Shown one piece after another: positions 1 through 8,284 of a stretch of DNA of 64,000 nucleotides. Within the stretch, counting starts at the first letter, position 1; each line of letters begins with the position of its first letter. A model generated the notes under the pieces. That model was given only the letters and a program-made list of their open reading frames with translations, had not been told where the DNA came from and searched no databases. The stretch lies in the IMG/VR virus record IMGVR_UViG_3300031227_000013. The stretch is one strand, 5' to 3'. Both the position numbers and the translations under genes were made by a program. Origin of the DNA: a virus.

Positions 1-361
1 TATATTTATCTAGAAGATCTGTTCTTTCTTTATCGTATTCTCCGGACATATATCTACCTTTAAAAGGGCTTTCATTGGATAATCCCTTGACGTAATTCAT
101 CTTACGGGTATTCTCCAGAGCGCCTCCGGCCTTATATCCTCCGTAGGCTGACCCGCCTGTGAGAACTATTTGAGCAAGTGCTGCCAGAAGGGGATGCTTT
201 ATTTTCCCAGCCATTTTAAGTCCGGCTACAGATCCTCCGACACCTCCGGCAATGGCTCCGACATCTGAATAATTCTTACCTTTTCTTGTAAACTCCTGCT
301 GCTCCGGATCGATCTCCGACAGCTTATTCATGTACGCTTGATAATATGCTAGTTTGTTCAT
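1..361 (-). CDS. Partial ORF (runs off the window start), Gly/Ala-rich, begins MNKLAYYQAYMNKLS; shares its N-terminal tag with the ORFs at 1140 and 1662
   Basis: Manual translation from ATG 361 is open to base 1: MNKLAYYQAYMNKLSEIDPEQQEFTRKGKNYSDVGAIAGGVGGSVAG...; not in the ORF track because it has no stop in the window. Confidence 0.8.
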   Translation of the reverse strand, partial: MNKLAYYQAYMNKLSEIDPEQQEFTRKGKNYSDVGAIAGGVGGSVAGLKMAGKIKHPLLAALAQIVLTGGSAYGGYKAGGALENTRKMNYVKGLSNESPFKGRYMSGEYDKERTDLLDKY

Positions 362-1077
362 TATGTCACCTTTCGTGCTATTTTATGTCTCTTCACGAAG
401 AATGCAGACTCGCCTCTGGATTTAAGGAGCTTACCCATATCTTCGAAACTAATATAACATTCACTATCCATACCCCAGCCCTTACCCCAGCTGTTGTGCA
501 GTGTGAATCGTTCCTTCTTAATATTAACTGCGTTACAGAGTATACAATGTCCGCCTAATCTGTCTCCGGTGACTTTGATGTATCCTTCGCTGTTGGGGCT
601 GTACATTCCCTTATACCACGGTACTCCCAATACAGCAGGTCCGTTGTATCCTACTCCGAGCATCAGGTCTTCCAGCCCGAATCCCCATCTATAGCTTTCC
701 ATCCATCCCAGCTTGTGTGCTATCTTGACACCTGCCAGAACACTGGAGCCTTCGTAGACAGGAGAGGCTCCGGGATAACTTCCTCCGGGCCATCTGTCTA
801 TCTTCTGCGCTTCCCAGTATATCTGTTCCTTAGCATACTTATGAGTAAGCCCCTGTACTTCCGCGGGACGGGCTGCTAATTCATGCGCTATTCCATGACC
901 CACACAACTCCCCTCATTTTTCTGATCCAGCCATGCCCTGCATCTCCATGTATAGGAGCGGGGTTTCTTCGCTGTCAGGATATCTGTTATAGGGAACTGT
1001 TTACTTCTTTCATCAAACTTCTCTATACGGTCCAGTCTTATATCTTCGGTAGTACCTTCTTTAAGTTTTATCGACAT
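361..1077 (-). CDS. Papain-like (C1 family) cysteine peptidase
   Basis: DQKNEGSCVGHG (Gln/Cys), GGHCILC (His) and HNSWG (Asn) motifs. Confidence 0.85.
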   Translation of the reverse strand: MSIKLKEGTTEDIRLDRIEKFDERSKQFPITDILTAKKPRSYTWRCRAWLDQKNEGSCVGHGIAHELAARPAEVQGLTHKYAKEQIYWEAQKIDRWPGGSYPGASPVYEGSSVLAGVKIAHKLGWMESYRWGFGLEDLMLGVGYNGPAVLGVPWYKGMYSPNSEGYIKVTGDRLGGHCILCNAVNIKKERFTLHNSWGKGWGMDSECYISFEDMGKLLKSRGESAFFVKRHKIARKVT

Positions 1078-1094
1078 TATATTTTCCTATAGTT

Positions 1095-1118
1095 AAAAGA
1101 AGGGGTGTAACCCCTTCT
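1095..1118 (-). terminator. Intrinsic terminator
   Basis: AGAAGGGG-TGTAA-CCCCTTCT hairpin followed by a T run on the minus strand. Confidence 0.7.
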
Positions 1119-1139
1119 ATAAATCTTACTACTTTACTA

Positions 1140-1649
1140 TTACTCTTCTTCTGTTTCGACTTCCTGCTCTGGTATTGGAGTATCGTTGAGAGCATCCGGA
1201 TACATCTTTAATAGTTTTTGAAGGGCTGAATAGACTATCTCTTCCCCTTCGTGCGGATCGACTCCCAGAGACTTATAAAACTCGTGCGCATTGTCGTCGT
1301 CCAGATTCTCCTGTGTGGCCATAAAGTCCAATATCATTTTGATATCATCAGGCCCCGGGTCTCCCAGCGTACTCTCCTCTTTAGCATCGTCTTCCATGTC
1401 TTCGAGTCTATTGTAGTAATCAGGTATCTCGTCTAGATGATCCTGTGAGATCTCTTCTGCTACATCGGGTGTATCTGTATGTTCCAGCTCTACAGCCCGA
1501 CCCTTCTGAGTCTGCTCTTCTATCTTCTCCGGATCTACCTGCTTCTCCTGTGCTATATCCTGTGTATCCTTACCGTCGGCTTTACCGCCTTCTATAAGTT
1601 CTTTCGCCTTCTTATTCATATATCCTTCGTAGTATGCTATCTTATTCAT
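1140..1649 (-). CDS. Acidic hypothetical protein with MNKIAYYEGYMNKKA N-terminal tag (possible virion internal protein)
   Basis: 169-aa ORF; contains VELEHT...EISQDHLDEIPDYYNRL segment; shared 5' end with the 1662 ORF. Confidence 0.7.
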   Translation of the reverse strand: MNKIAYYEGYMNKKAKELIEGGKADGKDTQDIAQEKQVDPEKIEEQTQKGRAVELEHTDTPDVAEEISQDHLDEIPDYYNRLEDMEDDAKEESTLGDPGPDDIKMILDFMATQENLDDDNAHEFYKSLGVDPHEGEEIVYSALQKLLKMYPDALNDTPIPEQEVETEEE

Positions 1650-1661
1650 TATTTATCCTTT

Positions 1662-2003
1662 TTATTTTAGTAAAGAACCTGCTTCAGCAAGTTTGGCTTT
1701 CTCGGCTTTTCTTGATATTGAAGACATAATATCAGTAGTATCGATAAGCATCTTTCCTACTTCTGTATTCAGCCCCTTCTTCTTCATATCTATGAGTTGT
1801 TTTGCGGCTGCTGAAATATCCTTATGCCCTCTGGGAAGATTAAATGTCTGTTTGGCAGAATCTAAAAATATAGGTATAGCTCCTTTAAAATGTTTATCCT
1901 TACCTTTAACCTTTTGAAGTAATCTTCCCATAGTTTTTAGATACATATCTGTTCTGGAGGCTTCCTTATTCATATATCCTTCGTAGTATGCTATCTTATT
2001 CAT
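1662..2003 (-). CDS. Basic hypothetical protein with MNKIAYYEGYMNKEA N-terminal tag
   Basis: 113-aa ORF; first 13 codons identical in DNA to the 1140 ORF. Confidence 0.7.
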   Translation of the reverse strand: MNKIAYYEGYMNKEASRTDMYLKTMGRLLQKVKGKDKHFKGAIPIFLDSAKQTFNLPRGHKDISAAAKQLIDMKKKGLNTEVGKMLIDTTDIMSSISRKAEKAKLAEAGSLLK

Positions 2004-2020
2004 TTATTTATCCTGTAGTT

Positions 2021-2044
2021 AAAAAAGAGGATAGTTCCTCTTTT
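2021..2044 (-). terminator. Intrinsic terminator closing the family A array (possibly bidirectional)
   Basis: AAAAGAGG-ATAGTT-CCTCTTTT inverted repeat with A/T runs on both sides. Confidence 0.7.
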
Positions 2045-2264
2045 AATATATTACGTAAAACCAGCCCGACTCTTCATCAAATATCAGGGCTACACATCCT
2101 GTATAAGACGATGCTTCTCCACGATTCTTTTTGTCATTAATATATGTAACTTCCATAGGTCTATTTATACAAGCTTCAGGATTATTAGATACATAATCTC
2201 CTACACTTATCTGTCCTTTATGTCTAACATGCTGCCCCATCTCATTATATAATGTACAATGCAT
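2043..2264 (-). CDS. Family A small protein, copy 1
   Basis: LYNEMGQHVRHKGQISVGD...GWFY. Confidence 0.85.
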   Translation of the reverse strand: MHCTLYNEMGQHVRHKGQISVGDYVSNNPEACINRPMEVTYINDKKNRGEASSYTGCVALIFDEESGWFYVIY

Positions 2265-2276
2265 AATAGCTCCTGT

Positions 2277-2501
2277 TTAACATATTACAAAAAACCAGCC
2301 CCGCTCTTTAACGAATGTCAGAGGTATACTGGGTCCTCCCATAGTTGACACCGCTTGTCCAATTCCCTTCTTGTTATTAACATATGCAACTCGCATAGCT
2401 GTTACGAAAAGACCGGGATTATCAGATATTGTATCTCCTACACATATCTGGCCCCTGTGTCTAATAAGTTGTCTCGTCTCATTATATATATTAAATAGCA
2501 T
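2277..2501 (-). CDS. Family A small protein, copy 2
   Basis: IYNETRQLIRHRGQICVGD...RGWFF; start reset to ATG 2501 after an AGGAG RBS. Confidence 0.85.
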   Translation of the reverse strand: MLFNIYNETRQLIRHRGQICVGDTISDNPGLFVTAMRVAYVNNKKGIGQAVSTMGGPSIPLTFVKERGWFFVIC

Positions 2502-2540
2502 AATAGCTCCTGTTATAAACACTATATATATAATATATAG

Positions 2541-2744
2541 TTACTTCTTAGTTTTCCATATCTTATTGACTTCTTTCTCTACAGCATGCTCTTCCAGCCC
2601 CACCTTACTCCAGCCCTTCTTGACTGTCCCTACTTTACTCCATCCCATAATAAAGGAATAGCCTATTGCCACAGACAGTAAGAAGATAGCGAGAGATAGG
2701 ATTATCCACGCTTTAGGGGGAACACTTTTAAAATCTATTTCCAT
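2541..2744 (-). CDS. Small single-pass membrane protein
   Basis: Hydrophobic stretch AWIILSLAIFLLSVAIGYSFIM; short GWSKVG repeat. Confidence 0.6.
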   Translation of the reverse strand: MEIDFKSVPPKAWIILSLAIFLLSVAIGYSFIMGWSKVGTVKKGWSKVGLEEHAVEKEVNKIWKTKK

Positions 2745-2827
2745 TGTATATTTCCTTTTTATATTATATAAATATACCCTTTGTAGTAACTTCTTTCAAA
2801 GATATTATGTTATCCGGGCTGTAAATA

Positions 2828-3043
2828 TTACTCCTGTCCTATATATCTCCAGCCCACTCTTTCTATAAACCTTATAAGATGTACACTGTGATCAGTGTCA
2901 TTCATATATTCAACTCCTCCTCTGTCTCCTGTTATCCGGACAACTTTGAGAGGAACACCGTAACACGTTACTTCATCTCCTACAACTAACTGACCTCTAT
3001 ATCTAATACATTGATTCATTTCATTAAACAGTTGACATGTCAT
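2828..3043 (-). CDS. Family A small protein, copy 3
   Basis: LFNEMNQCIRYRGQLVVGD...VGWRY; ATGA overlap start. Confidence 0.85.
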   Translation of the reverse strand: MTCQLFNEMNQCIRYRGQLVVGDEVTCYGVPLKVVRITGDRGGVEYMNDTDHSVHLIRFIERVGWRYIGQE

Positions 3044-3252
3044 GTCTTCCAGCACCAGCCCTTTCCTTCTATAAAATACATATGAAAGTTATATCCATTA
3101 CGGATATTTTTAATGTTACCTTTATCTTCTTTTAATCGGATAACTTTATAATCACATGTATTGTCTTCCTTAAAACGTATTATATCCCCCAGACAGATCT
3201 GTCCCTTATGTCTAACGGGCTGGTTCATTCTATTATACAGTACATATGTCAT
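3040..3252 (-). CDS. Family A small protein, copy 4
   Basis: LYNRMNQPVRHKGQICLGD...EGKGWCW. Confidence 0.85.
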   Translation of the reverse strand: MTYVLYNRMNQPVRHKGQICLGDIIRFKEDNTCDYKVIRLKEDKGNIKNIRNGYNFHMYFIEGKGWCWKT

Positions 3253-3461
3253 GTTCCATACCCCCAGCCCACTCCTTCTTTAAACTGTATACTATAAGCA
3301 TATTTGGAAAGTATATGTTTAATTTCACCTGTACATACCTTTAATGCGACTACTATGTAGTAATTGTCGGTGCCATCCTCAAAATGCACTAAATCCCCTT
3401 TACTGATCTGACCCTTGTGTTTAACGGGCTGTCCCAGTTCATTATGTATTAAGAACATCAT
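3249..3461 (-). CDS. Family A small protein, copy 5
   Basis: IHNELGQPVKHKGQISKGD...EGVGWGY. Confidence 0.85.
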   Translation of the reverse strand: MMFLIHNELGQPVKHKGQISKGDLVHFEDGTDNYYIVVALKVCTGEIKHILSKYAYSIQFKEGVGWGYGT

Positions 3462-3675
3462 ACTCTACTCCCCAGCCCCAGCCCGTTCCTTCTACAAACT
3501 GTATGAAGTAACAGTAGCTGGAATGCTTTAGTTTAATTTCAGCTATATTATCCTTTAATTGGATAACTCTAAACATACGGGTCCAATCGTCACTGAAATG
3601 CACTAAATCCCCTTTACTCAGTTGTCCTCTATGTTTAATGGGCTGCTTCATTGCATTATACAATACGTATGTCAT
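3442..3675 (-). CDS. Family A small protein, copy 6
   Basis: LYNAMKQPIKHRGQLSKGD...EGTGWGW. Confidence 0.85.
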   Translation of the reverse strand: MTYVLYNAMKQPIKHRGQLSKGDLVHFSDDWTRMFRVIQLKDNIAEIKLKHSSYCYFIQFVEGTGWGWGVEYDVLNT

Positions 3676-3901
3676 ATGACTCCCCCAAGAAGGACCACCA
3701 GCCCCAGCCCTTACCTTCTACAAAGTCTATATCCCATGTATCTTTATAGCGTTCAATTATGCCTATATCATCTTTTAGATTTATAACCTTATATATTATA
3801 TGTCCGCTGCTTATAAAATGTATCTTATCTCCTACACTAACCTGTCCCTTATATTTTATACGCTGTCCCATTTCATTGTACATCAAACTAAGTTTTCTCA
3901 T
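3656..3901 (-). CDS. Family A small protein, copy 7
   Basis: MYNEMGQRIKYKGQVSVGD...EGKGWGW. Confidence 0.85.
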   Translation of the reverse strand: MRKLSLMYNEMGQRIKYKGQVSVGDKIHFISSGHIIYKVINLKDDIGIIERYKDTWDIDFVEGKGWGWWSFLGESYDIRIV

Positions 3902-4119
3902 GTCGTTACCTCCACCCAGCCCGTTCCTTTTATATATCTAATACAGTAGTATACATTTTTATTCCGTGTGTTCTTAATCATACCTATGTTTTTCTTCAGT
4001 TCGATAACTTTATAATCACAGGCGTTGCTACTGGAAGTATAAGATACTATATCTCCTACACTGAGTTGCCCCTTGTAATTAATAGTCTGTCTCATCTCAT
4101 TGTATAGGCTGTATATCAT
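3898..4119 (-). CDS. Family A small protein, copy 8
   Basis: LYNEMRQTINYKGQLSVGD...KGTGW. Confidence 0.85.
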   Translation of the reverse strand: MIYSLYNEMRQTINYKGQLSVGDIVSYTSSSNACDYKVIELKKNIGMIKNTRNKNVYYCIRYIKGTGWVEVTT

Positions 4120-4331
4120 ATTACATACCCCCAGCCCGTTCCTTCTACAAACTTTACATCAAATAAATCCCCGTGCATTATATGTTTAATTGTACCTGTA
4201 TTTCCTTTTAATTTAATAACTTTATAATCACCGAAACTGCTGTTATTAGTGAACCAGACTACATCTCCTACACAGAGCTGTCCTCTATACTTTATAATCT
4301 GTCCTAGTTTATTATGCATTTTAGATATCAT
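4116..4331 (-). CDS. Family A small protein, copy 9
   Basis: MHNKLGQIIKYRGQLCVGD...EGTGWGY. Confidence 0.85.
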   Translation of the reverse strand: MISKMHNKLGQIIKYRGQLCVGDVVWFTNNSSFGDYKVIKLKGNTGTIKHIMHGDLFDVKFVEGTGWGYVI

Positions 4332-4543
4332 CTCGTCACATACCCCCAGCCCACTTTTGTAAAGGATACAGGGAATTCATCCCCGAGCTCTGTATATTTA
4401 ACTATACCTGTATTTTCCTCTAATTTAATAACTTTATATCCCCCAAAGTCGTGGGTTTTAGCGAAATATATTATATCTCCCAGACAGAGTTGTCCCTTAT
4501 ACTTTATAGGTTGTCCCATTTCATTATACATTTTAGTTATCAT
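4328..4543 (-). CDS. Family A small protein, copy 10
   Basis: MYNEMGQPIKYKGQLCLGD...KVGWGY. Confidence 0.85.
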   Translation of the reverse strand: MITKMYNEMGQPIKYKGQLCLGDIIYFAKTHDFGGYKVIKLEENTGIVKYTELGDEFPVSFTKVGWGYVTR

Positions 4544-4779
4544 GCCCTCGATCCTCCTTCTGATTCCCAGCCCCAGCCCACTCCTTCTGTAAACTCTACA
4601 TGGTCGTAGTATCTATACTTATCCCACGCATGTTGAATTGTACAGAAGCTTCCCTTCAGGTCCATAACTATATAATTACTGGCTATGCCCCCATCAGTGA
4701 AGTGTACTATGTCTCCGTTACATAGTTGCCCTTTGTGTATAAGGGGCTGTTTTAATGCATTGTATAGTTTGTATATCAT
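4540..4779 (-). CDS. Family A small protein, copy 11
   Basis: LYNALKQPLIHKGQLCNGD...EGVGWGW. Confidence 0.85.
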   Translation of the reverse strand: MIYKLYNALKQPLIHKGQLCNGDIVHFTDGGIASNYIVMDLKGSFCTIQHAWDKYRYYDHVEFTEGVGWGWESEGGSRA

Positions 4780-4970
4780 GTCAATAACCAGCCCCTTTCT
4801 TCTGTAAACACTATAGGCATTATACCATATGTATATTTAATCCTACCTTCATTTCCCTTTAACTCAATAACAGGGTGCATACCTCCTTCAAGGCTAACTC
4901 TAACCTTATCTCCTTTACATATCTGTCCCTTGTATCTAATGGGCTGTTTTAACGCATTATATATTTTCAT
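4776..4970 (-). CDS. Family A small protein, copy 12
   Basis: IYNALKQPIRYKGQICKGD...ERGWLL. Confidence 0.85.
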   Translation of the reverse strand: MKIYNALKQPIRYKGQICKGDKVRVSLEGGMHPVIELKGNEGRIKYTYGIMPIVFTEERGWLLT

Positions 4971-5164
4971 AAGAACATCCAGCCCCTTTCTTCTGTATAC
5001 CCCAGATTATATATATTGCTATGTAATCTGCTTTGTACTCTAGCTCTATTTCCTTTTATTCTAATAACTTTATAATTAAGACCGCTATCTGTTCCGGCGC
5101 GTATATAATCTCCTAAATCCAGCTGTCCTTTATACATTATACGTTGTCTCATATGATTATACAT
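4967..5164 (-). CDS. Family A small protein, copy 13
   Basis: MYNHMRQRIMYKGQLDLGD...ERGWMF. Confidence 0.85.
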   Translation of the reverse strand: MYNHMRQRIMYKGQLDLGDYIRAGTDSGLNYKVIRIKGNRARVQSRLHSNIYNLGYTEERGWMFL

Positions 5165-5379
5165 TATGCTTCTCCTCCCCAGCCCTGTCCTTCTACATAT
5201 TTTATATCACACGTATTGTGATCCATTATATGTTTAATTGTACCTGTATTATTATTTATGTTAGTTACCTCGTAATCAGGATAGTTCCAGTTTGCAGTAC
5301 CACTTACCTTATCTCCTACACTGACCTGTCCCTTATGTATTATCTGCTGTCTATTTCTATTGTATAGTCTAAAGCTCAT
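5164..5379 (-). CDS. Family A small protein, copy 14
   Basis: LYNRNRQQIIHKGQVSVGD...EGQGW. Confidence 0.85.
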   Translation of the reverse strand: MSFRLYNRNRQQIIHKGQVSVGDKVSGTANWNYPDYEVTNINNNTGTIKHIMDHNTCDIKYVEGQGWGGEA

Positions 5380-5575
5380 ACTGTCACCCAGCCCCTTCTT
5401 TCTATATATATTATAGGGTATATACTAAGCCTGTTAAGAAATTTAAGTCTACCTGTGTTCCCTTTAACTCAATAACTTTATGGGGGCAGCTACAGACGTA
5501 TACTGTATCTCCTACATCTAACTGCCCTTTGTGTTTAACGATCTGTCCTATCTCATTGTATATTCTATACATCAT
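5376..5575 (-). pseudogene. Family A copy 15, frameshifted (1-nt deletion)
   Basis: MMYRIYNEIGQIVKHKGQLDVGD...ELK in one frame and (G)NTGRLKF...IERRGWVTV* in another; span is 200 nt; break at TTAAAGGGAAC near 5460. Confidence 0.75.
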
Positions 5576-5576
5576 A

Positions 5577-5780
5577 TCACCAGACCCAGCCCCTTCCTTT
5601 TATAAACCTTATTCGGCGTACAACAGTACTGTTTAGGGATTTAGCTCTACCTACATATTTCCATATTCTATATACCTCGTAACGATCTTCGCCCCCACGG
5701 TTAAAATGTATCATATCTCCTTCACACAGCTGTCCCTTGTGTATAATGGGCTGTTCCAGTTCATTAAGTATATTACTTAT
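5577..5780 (-). CDS. Family A copy 16, intact frame but no ATG (ATA at the start position)
   Basis: ATA AGT AAT ATA CTT AAT GAA CTG GAA CAG... = (I/M)SNILNELEQPIIHKGQLCEGD...FIKGRGWVW*; 204 nt; missed by the ORF track. Confidence 0.7.
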   Translation of the reverse strand: MSNILNELEQPIIHKGQLCEGDMIHFNRGGEDRYEVYRIWKYVGRAKSLNSTVVRRIRFIKGRGWVW

Positions 5781-5979
5781 AGTAACACCAGCCCTTTCCT
5801 TCTATAAACATTATAGGGTGTTTACTCCCTATATTCAATACAAGAATCCTCCCTGCGTCTTCTCTAATATTCAGTACTTTTAAACTTATACCAGCCGGGC
5901 TGGTATATACTTTATCTCCTACACAGAGCTGTCCCCTATATATAATAGGTTGTTGCATTTCGTTATATAATGTAGTCAT
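5773..5979 (-). CDS. Family A small protein, copy 17
   Basis: LYNEMQQPIIYRGQLCVGD...EGKGWCY. Confidence 0.85.
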   Translation of the reverse strand: MTTLYNEMQQPIIYRGQLCVGDKVYTSPAGISLKVLNIREDAGRILVLNIGSKHPIMFIEGKGWCYYK

Positions 5980-6242
5980 CGTATACCCCAGACCTTTCTT
6001 TCTTTTTTAAGGATAAAATAAGGATAGTAATACGGGACTTGAGCCCCGTGATCCAGCATAAATCCCTGGTCATCTCTGTCTATACATATTTTATAGACTT
6101 TACTTACATGTTGCTTCATACCACCTACAAACATATTGTTCCAGCCCTTCTCGAAGCTCTCGCAGTCTCCTGTAACCAATACAGAGTCTCCTACCTTCAG
6201 TCCGGACGCTTTGTGTCCTTTCAGATATTCTTCTTTACTCAT
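5976..6242 (-). CDS. Hypothetical protein inserted in the array (KOW/SH3-like LKVGDSVLV motif)
   Basis: 88-aa ORF coupled by ATGA overlaps; lacks the family A N-terminal motif. Confidence 0.6.
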   Translation of the reverse strand: MSKEEYLKGHKASGLKVGDSVLVTGDCESFEKGWNNMFVGGMKQHVSKVYKICIDRDDQGFMLDHGAQVPYYYPYFILKKERKVWGIR

Positions 6243-6487
6243 ATTGTATACTCCCTTCTATATTCCCATATCCAGCCCCTTCCTCTTATAAAGAATATAG
6301 GTATTGTGTAGGCTGTGTTATTATACTGCAGATTTGCCTTAATCCCTTTTATACTCTTTATTTTAGCCGGGAGTATATCAGCCCTCCCCACAGACCATCT
6401 TTTTCTATATACAGAGTCACCATTATTCAGCTGCCCTTTATATAGTATGGGCTGTCCATTTATATTATGTAAAACTCCCTGTTCCAT
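6239..6487 (-). CDS. Family A small protein, copy 18
   Basis: LHNINGQPILYKGQLNNGD...RGRGWIW. Confidence 0.85.
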   Translation of the reverse strand: MEQGVLHNINGQPILYKGQLNNGDSVYRKRWSVGRADILPAKIKSIKGIKANLQYNNTAYTIPIFFIRGRGWIWEYRREYTI

Positions 6488-6518
6488 TAGTAGTCTCCTT
6501 TACTGTTGTATAGTAGTA

Positions 6519-6716
6519 TCAATAGGATGTTTGTATATACCAGCCCAACCCTTTTTTATATATTATAGGGTTTTTATCGGGACCTACATCCAGTATGATT
6601 AATGTACCTGTATCTCCCTTTAATGAGATAACTGTAAAGGTTATATTCCCCCACAGGGTAACACTCACTTCATCCCCTACACTTAACTGCCCTTTGTGTT
6701 TAACGGGCTGTCCCAT
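6519..6716 (-). CDS. Family A small protein, copy 19 (frame stays open upstream to another ATA-AGT)
   Basis: MGQPVKHKGQLSVGD...KGLGWY; upstream in-frame ATA AGT GAA TAC ATA TTA CAT AAC AAG. Confidence 0.8.
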   Translation of the reverse strand: MGQPVKHKGQLSVGDEVSVTLWGNITFTVISLKGDTGTLIILDVGPDKNPIIYKKGLGWYIQTSY

Positions 6717-6739
6717 CTTGTTATGTAATATGTATTCAC

Positions 6740-6964
6740 TTATAATTCGTGTATTAATAGCCAGCCCATCCCTTTTTCATGCTTTATAGTATATACCACG
6801 AAACTTAATTTATGTTCGACTATACCTCTATCTCCTTGCAGCCCAACGACTTCGAAAAAGAAATCCCTTCCAGGAGTTAAACTTACCATATCTCCCAGAC
6901 TAAGCTGTCCCTTATATACAATAGGCTGTTCCATCCCATTGTATAACATATGTCGTGTCCTCAT
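6740..6964 (-). CDS. Family A small protein, copy 20
   Basis: LYNGMEQPIVYKGQLSLGD...KGMGWL. Confidence 0.85.
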   Translation of the reverse strand: MRTRHMLYNGMEQPIVYKGQLSLGDMVSLTPGRDFFFEVVGLQGDRGIVEHKLSFVVYTIKHEKGMGWLLIHEL

Positions 6965-7176
6965 ACAGACACCCAGACCCAGCCCGTTCCTTCTTTAAAC
7001 TTTATTGTATGTACATCCCTATCCCAGGCATGTGTAATCTTACCTGTGTCTTCCTCTAGTTCTATTACTAAGTAATGGAAAGATCTAGTGGGATGAAGTA
7101 ATACTGTATCCGCTCTACTGAGCTGCCCCTTATATTTAATGGGCTGCTCTAACTTATTATATAATACCCTACTCAT
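6961..7176 (-). CDS. Family A small protein, copy 21
   Basis: LYNKLEQPIKYKGQLSRAD...EGTGWVW. Confidence 0.85.
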   Translation of the reverse strand: MSRVLYNKLEQPIKYKGQLSRADTVLLHPTRSFHYLVIELEEDTGKITHAWDRDVHTIKFKEGTGWVWVSV

Positions 7177-7177
7177 A

Positions 7178-7384
7178 CTAATATACCCAGCCCTTCCCTT
7201 TTATATATTTTATATTATATGTATTTGACGGGTTATGGTTGAATATAAGTTTACCTGTATCCCCTTCTACTTCTAACACTTCAAGATCAGTGCTATGGCA
7301 TCTTACTTCATCTCCTTTACAGAGCTGTCCCCTATACTTTATAACCTGCCCTAACTTATTAAACAACATATATTCTCTTCTCAT
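7178..7384 (-). CDS. Family A small protein, copy 22
   Basis: LFNKLGQVIKYRGQLCKGD...KGKGWVY; ATGA overlap start. Confidence 0.85.
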   Translation of the reverse strand: MRREYMLFNKLGQVIKYRGQLCKGDEVRCHSTDLEVLEVEGDTGKLIFNHNPSNTYNIKYIKGKGWVY

Positions 7385-7593
7385 ATCGACCTCCAAAACC
7401 AACCATGCCCTTTTCTATACCTTATAGTATAGTTTAAAGGGCGATAAAGATTTTTAATTTTAGCTGTATCTCCTTCCAGCTCAACGACTTTGTAAGAAAC
7501 AGTACTGGTAGATCTAAGGTATATCTTATCCCCTTTATTTAACTGCCCCCTGTGTTTAATGGGCTGTCCTATTAGATTAAATAACGGATGCAT
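7381..7593 (-). CDS. Family A small protein, copy 23
   Basis: LFNLIGQPIKHRGQLNKGD...KGHGWFW. Confidence 0.85.
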   Translation of the reverse strand: MHPLFNLIGQPIKHRGQLNKGDKIYLRSTSTVSYKVVELEGDTAKIKNLYRPLNYTIRYRKGHGWFWRSI

Positions 7594-7793
7594 CACCAGC
7601 GCCAACCATTTCCTTTTGTATACATCACAACATATATACTACCTGTACGAACTTTTTTAATCCTAGCGATGTTCCCTGCTATTTTAAGCACTGTGTAGAT
7701 GTTCCTACCATTCGGGTAGGCCCTTACTTTGTCCCTTACATTAAGCTGTCCCTTATGTTTAATCTGCTGTCCCATTTCATTGTATAATCTCAT
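7593..7793 (-). CDS. Family A small protein, copy 24
   Basis: LYNEMGQQIKHKGQLNVRD...KGNGWRW. Confidence 0.85.
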   Translation of the reverse strand: MRLYNEMGQQIKHKGQLNVRDKVRAYPNGRNIYTVLKIAGNIARIKKVRTGSIYVVMYTKGNGWRW

Positions 7794-7794
7794 A

Positions 7795-8016
7795 CTACCA
7801 GCACCAGCCCTTCCCGTCTACGTATAGTGTAAAATACTTACTACCTGTTTTGGGCTTTATCATTACACCTCGTTTGTTTCTTAGTTTTTTAATAACAGCT
7901 CTATTATTTACATCGTAGACGTGTAGACGTATTTGATCCCCTATGTTTAGCTGTCCTTTATGTCTAAGGGGCTGTCCATTTATATTATGTAATATAGTAC
8001 CTCCAAAAGCAGCCAT
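7795..8016 (-). CDS. Family A small protein, copy 25
   Basis: LHNINGQPLRHKGQLNIGD...DGKGWCW. Confidence 0.85.
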   Translation of the reverse strand: MAAFGGTILHNINGQPLRHKGQLNIGDQIRLHVYDVNNRAVIKKLRNKRGVMIKPKTGSKYFTLYVDGKGWCW

Positions 8017-8035
8017 ATTTATTCTCCTTTCCTGA

Positions 8036-8058
8036 ATTTTCTACCATGGTAGACTTTT
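8036..8058. repeat. 23-bp motif ATTTTCTACCATGGTAGACTTTT with palindromic core, copy 1 of 4
   Basis: Exact copies at 11835-11857 and 42704-42726; inverted 21-bp copy at 37353-37373. Confidence 0.85.
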
Positions 8059-8284
8059 CATATGTTAGTACTTACTATCCAGCCTTCGTCTTCAAAGTGT
8101 ATCTCGTGCTCACGCTTTGTGATAGAAGTCTGAACTATACCTATGCTACCCTCCAGATGAATTACCTTCATTACATACCATCTCTCCATAAAAACACTTT
8201 GTATATATATATATCATCACCAGCTAACAGCTGTCCTTTATGTGTGATAGGTTGTTTCATCGTATTATGTGCCATATATCGCAT
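8058..8284 (-). pseudogene. Family A copy 26, frameshifted in an (AT)n tract
   Basis: MRYMAHNTMKQPITHKGQLLAGDDIYI then shifted frame ...ERWYVMKVIHLEGSIG...EDEGWIV*; 227 nt = 225+2; TA tract at 8202-8214. Confidence 0.75.
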
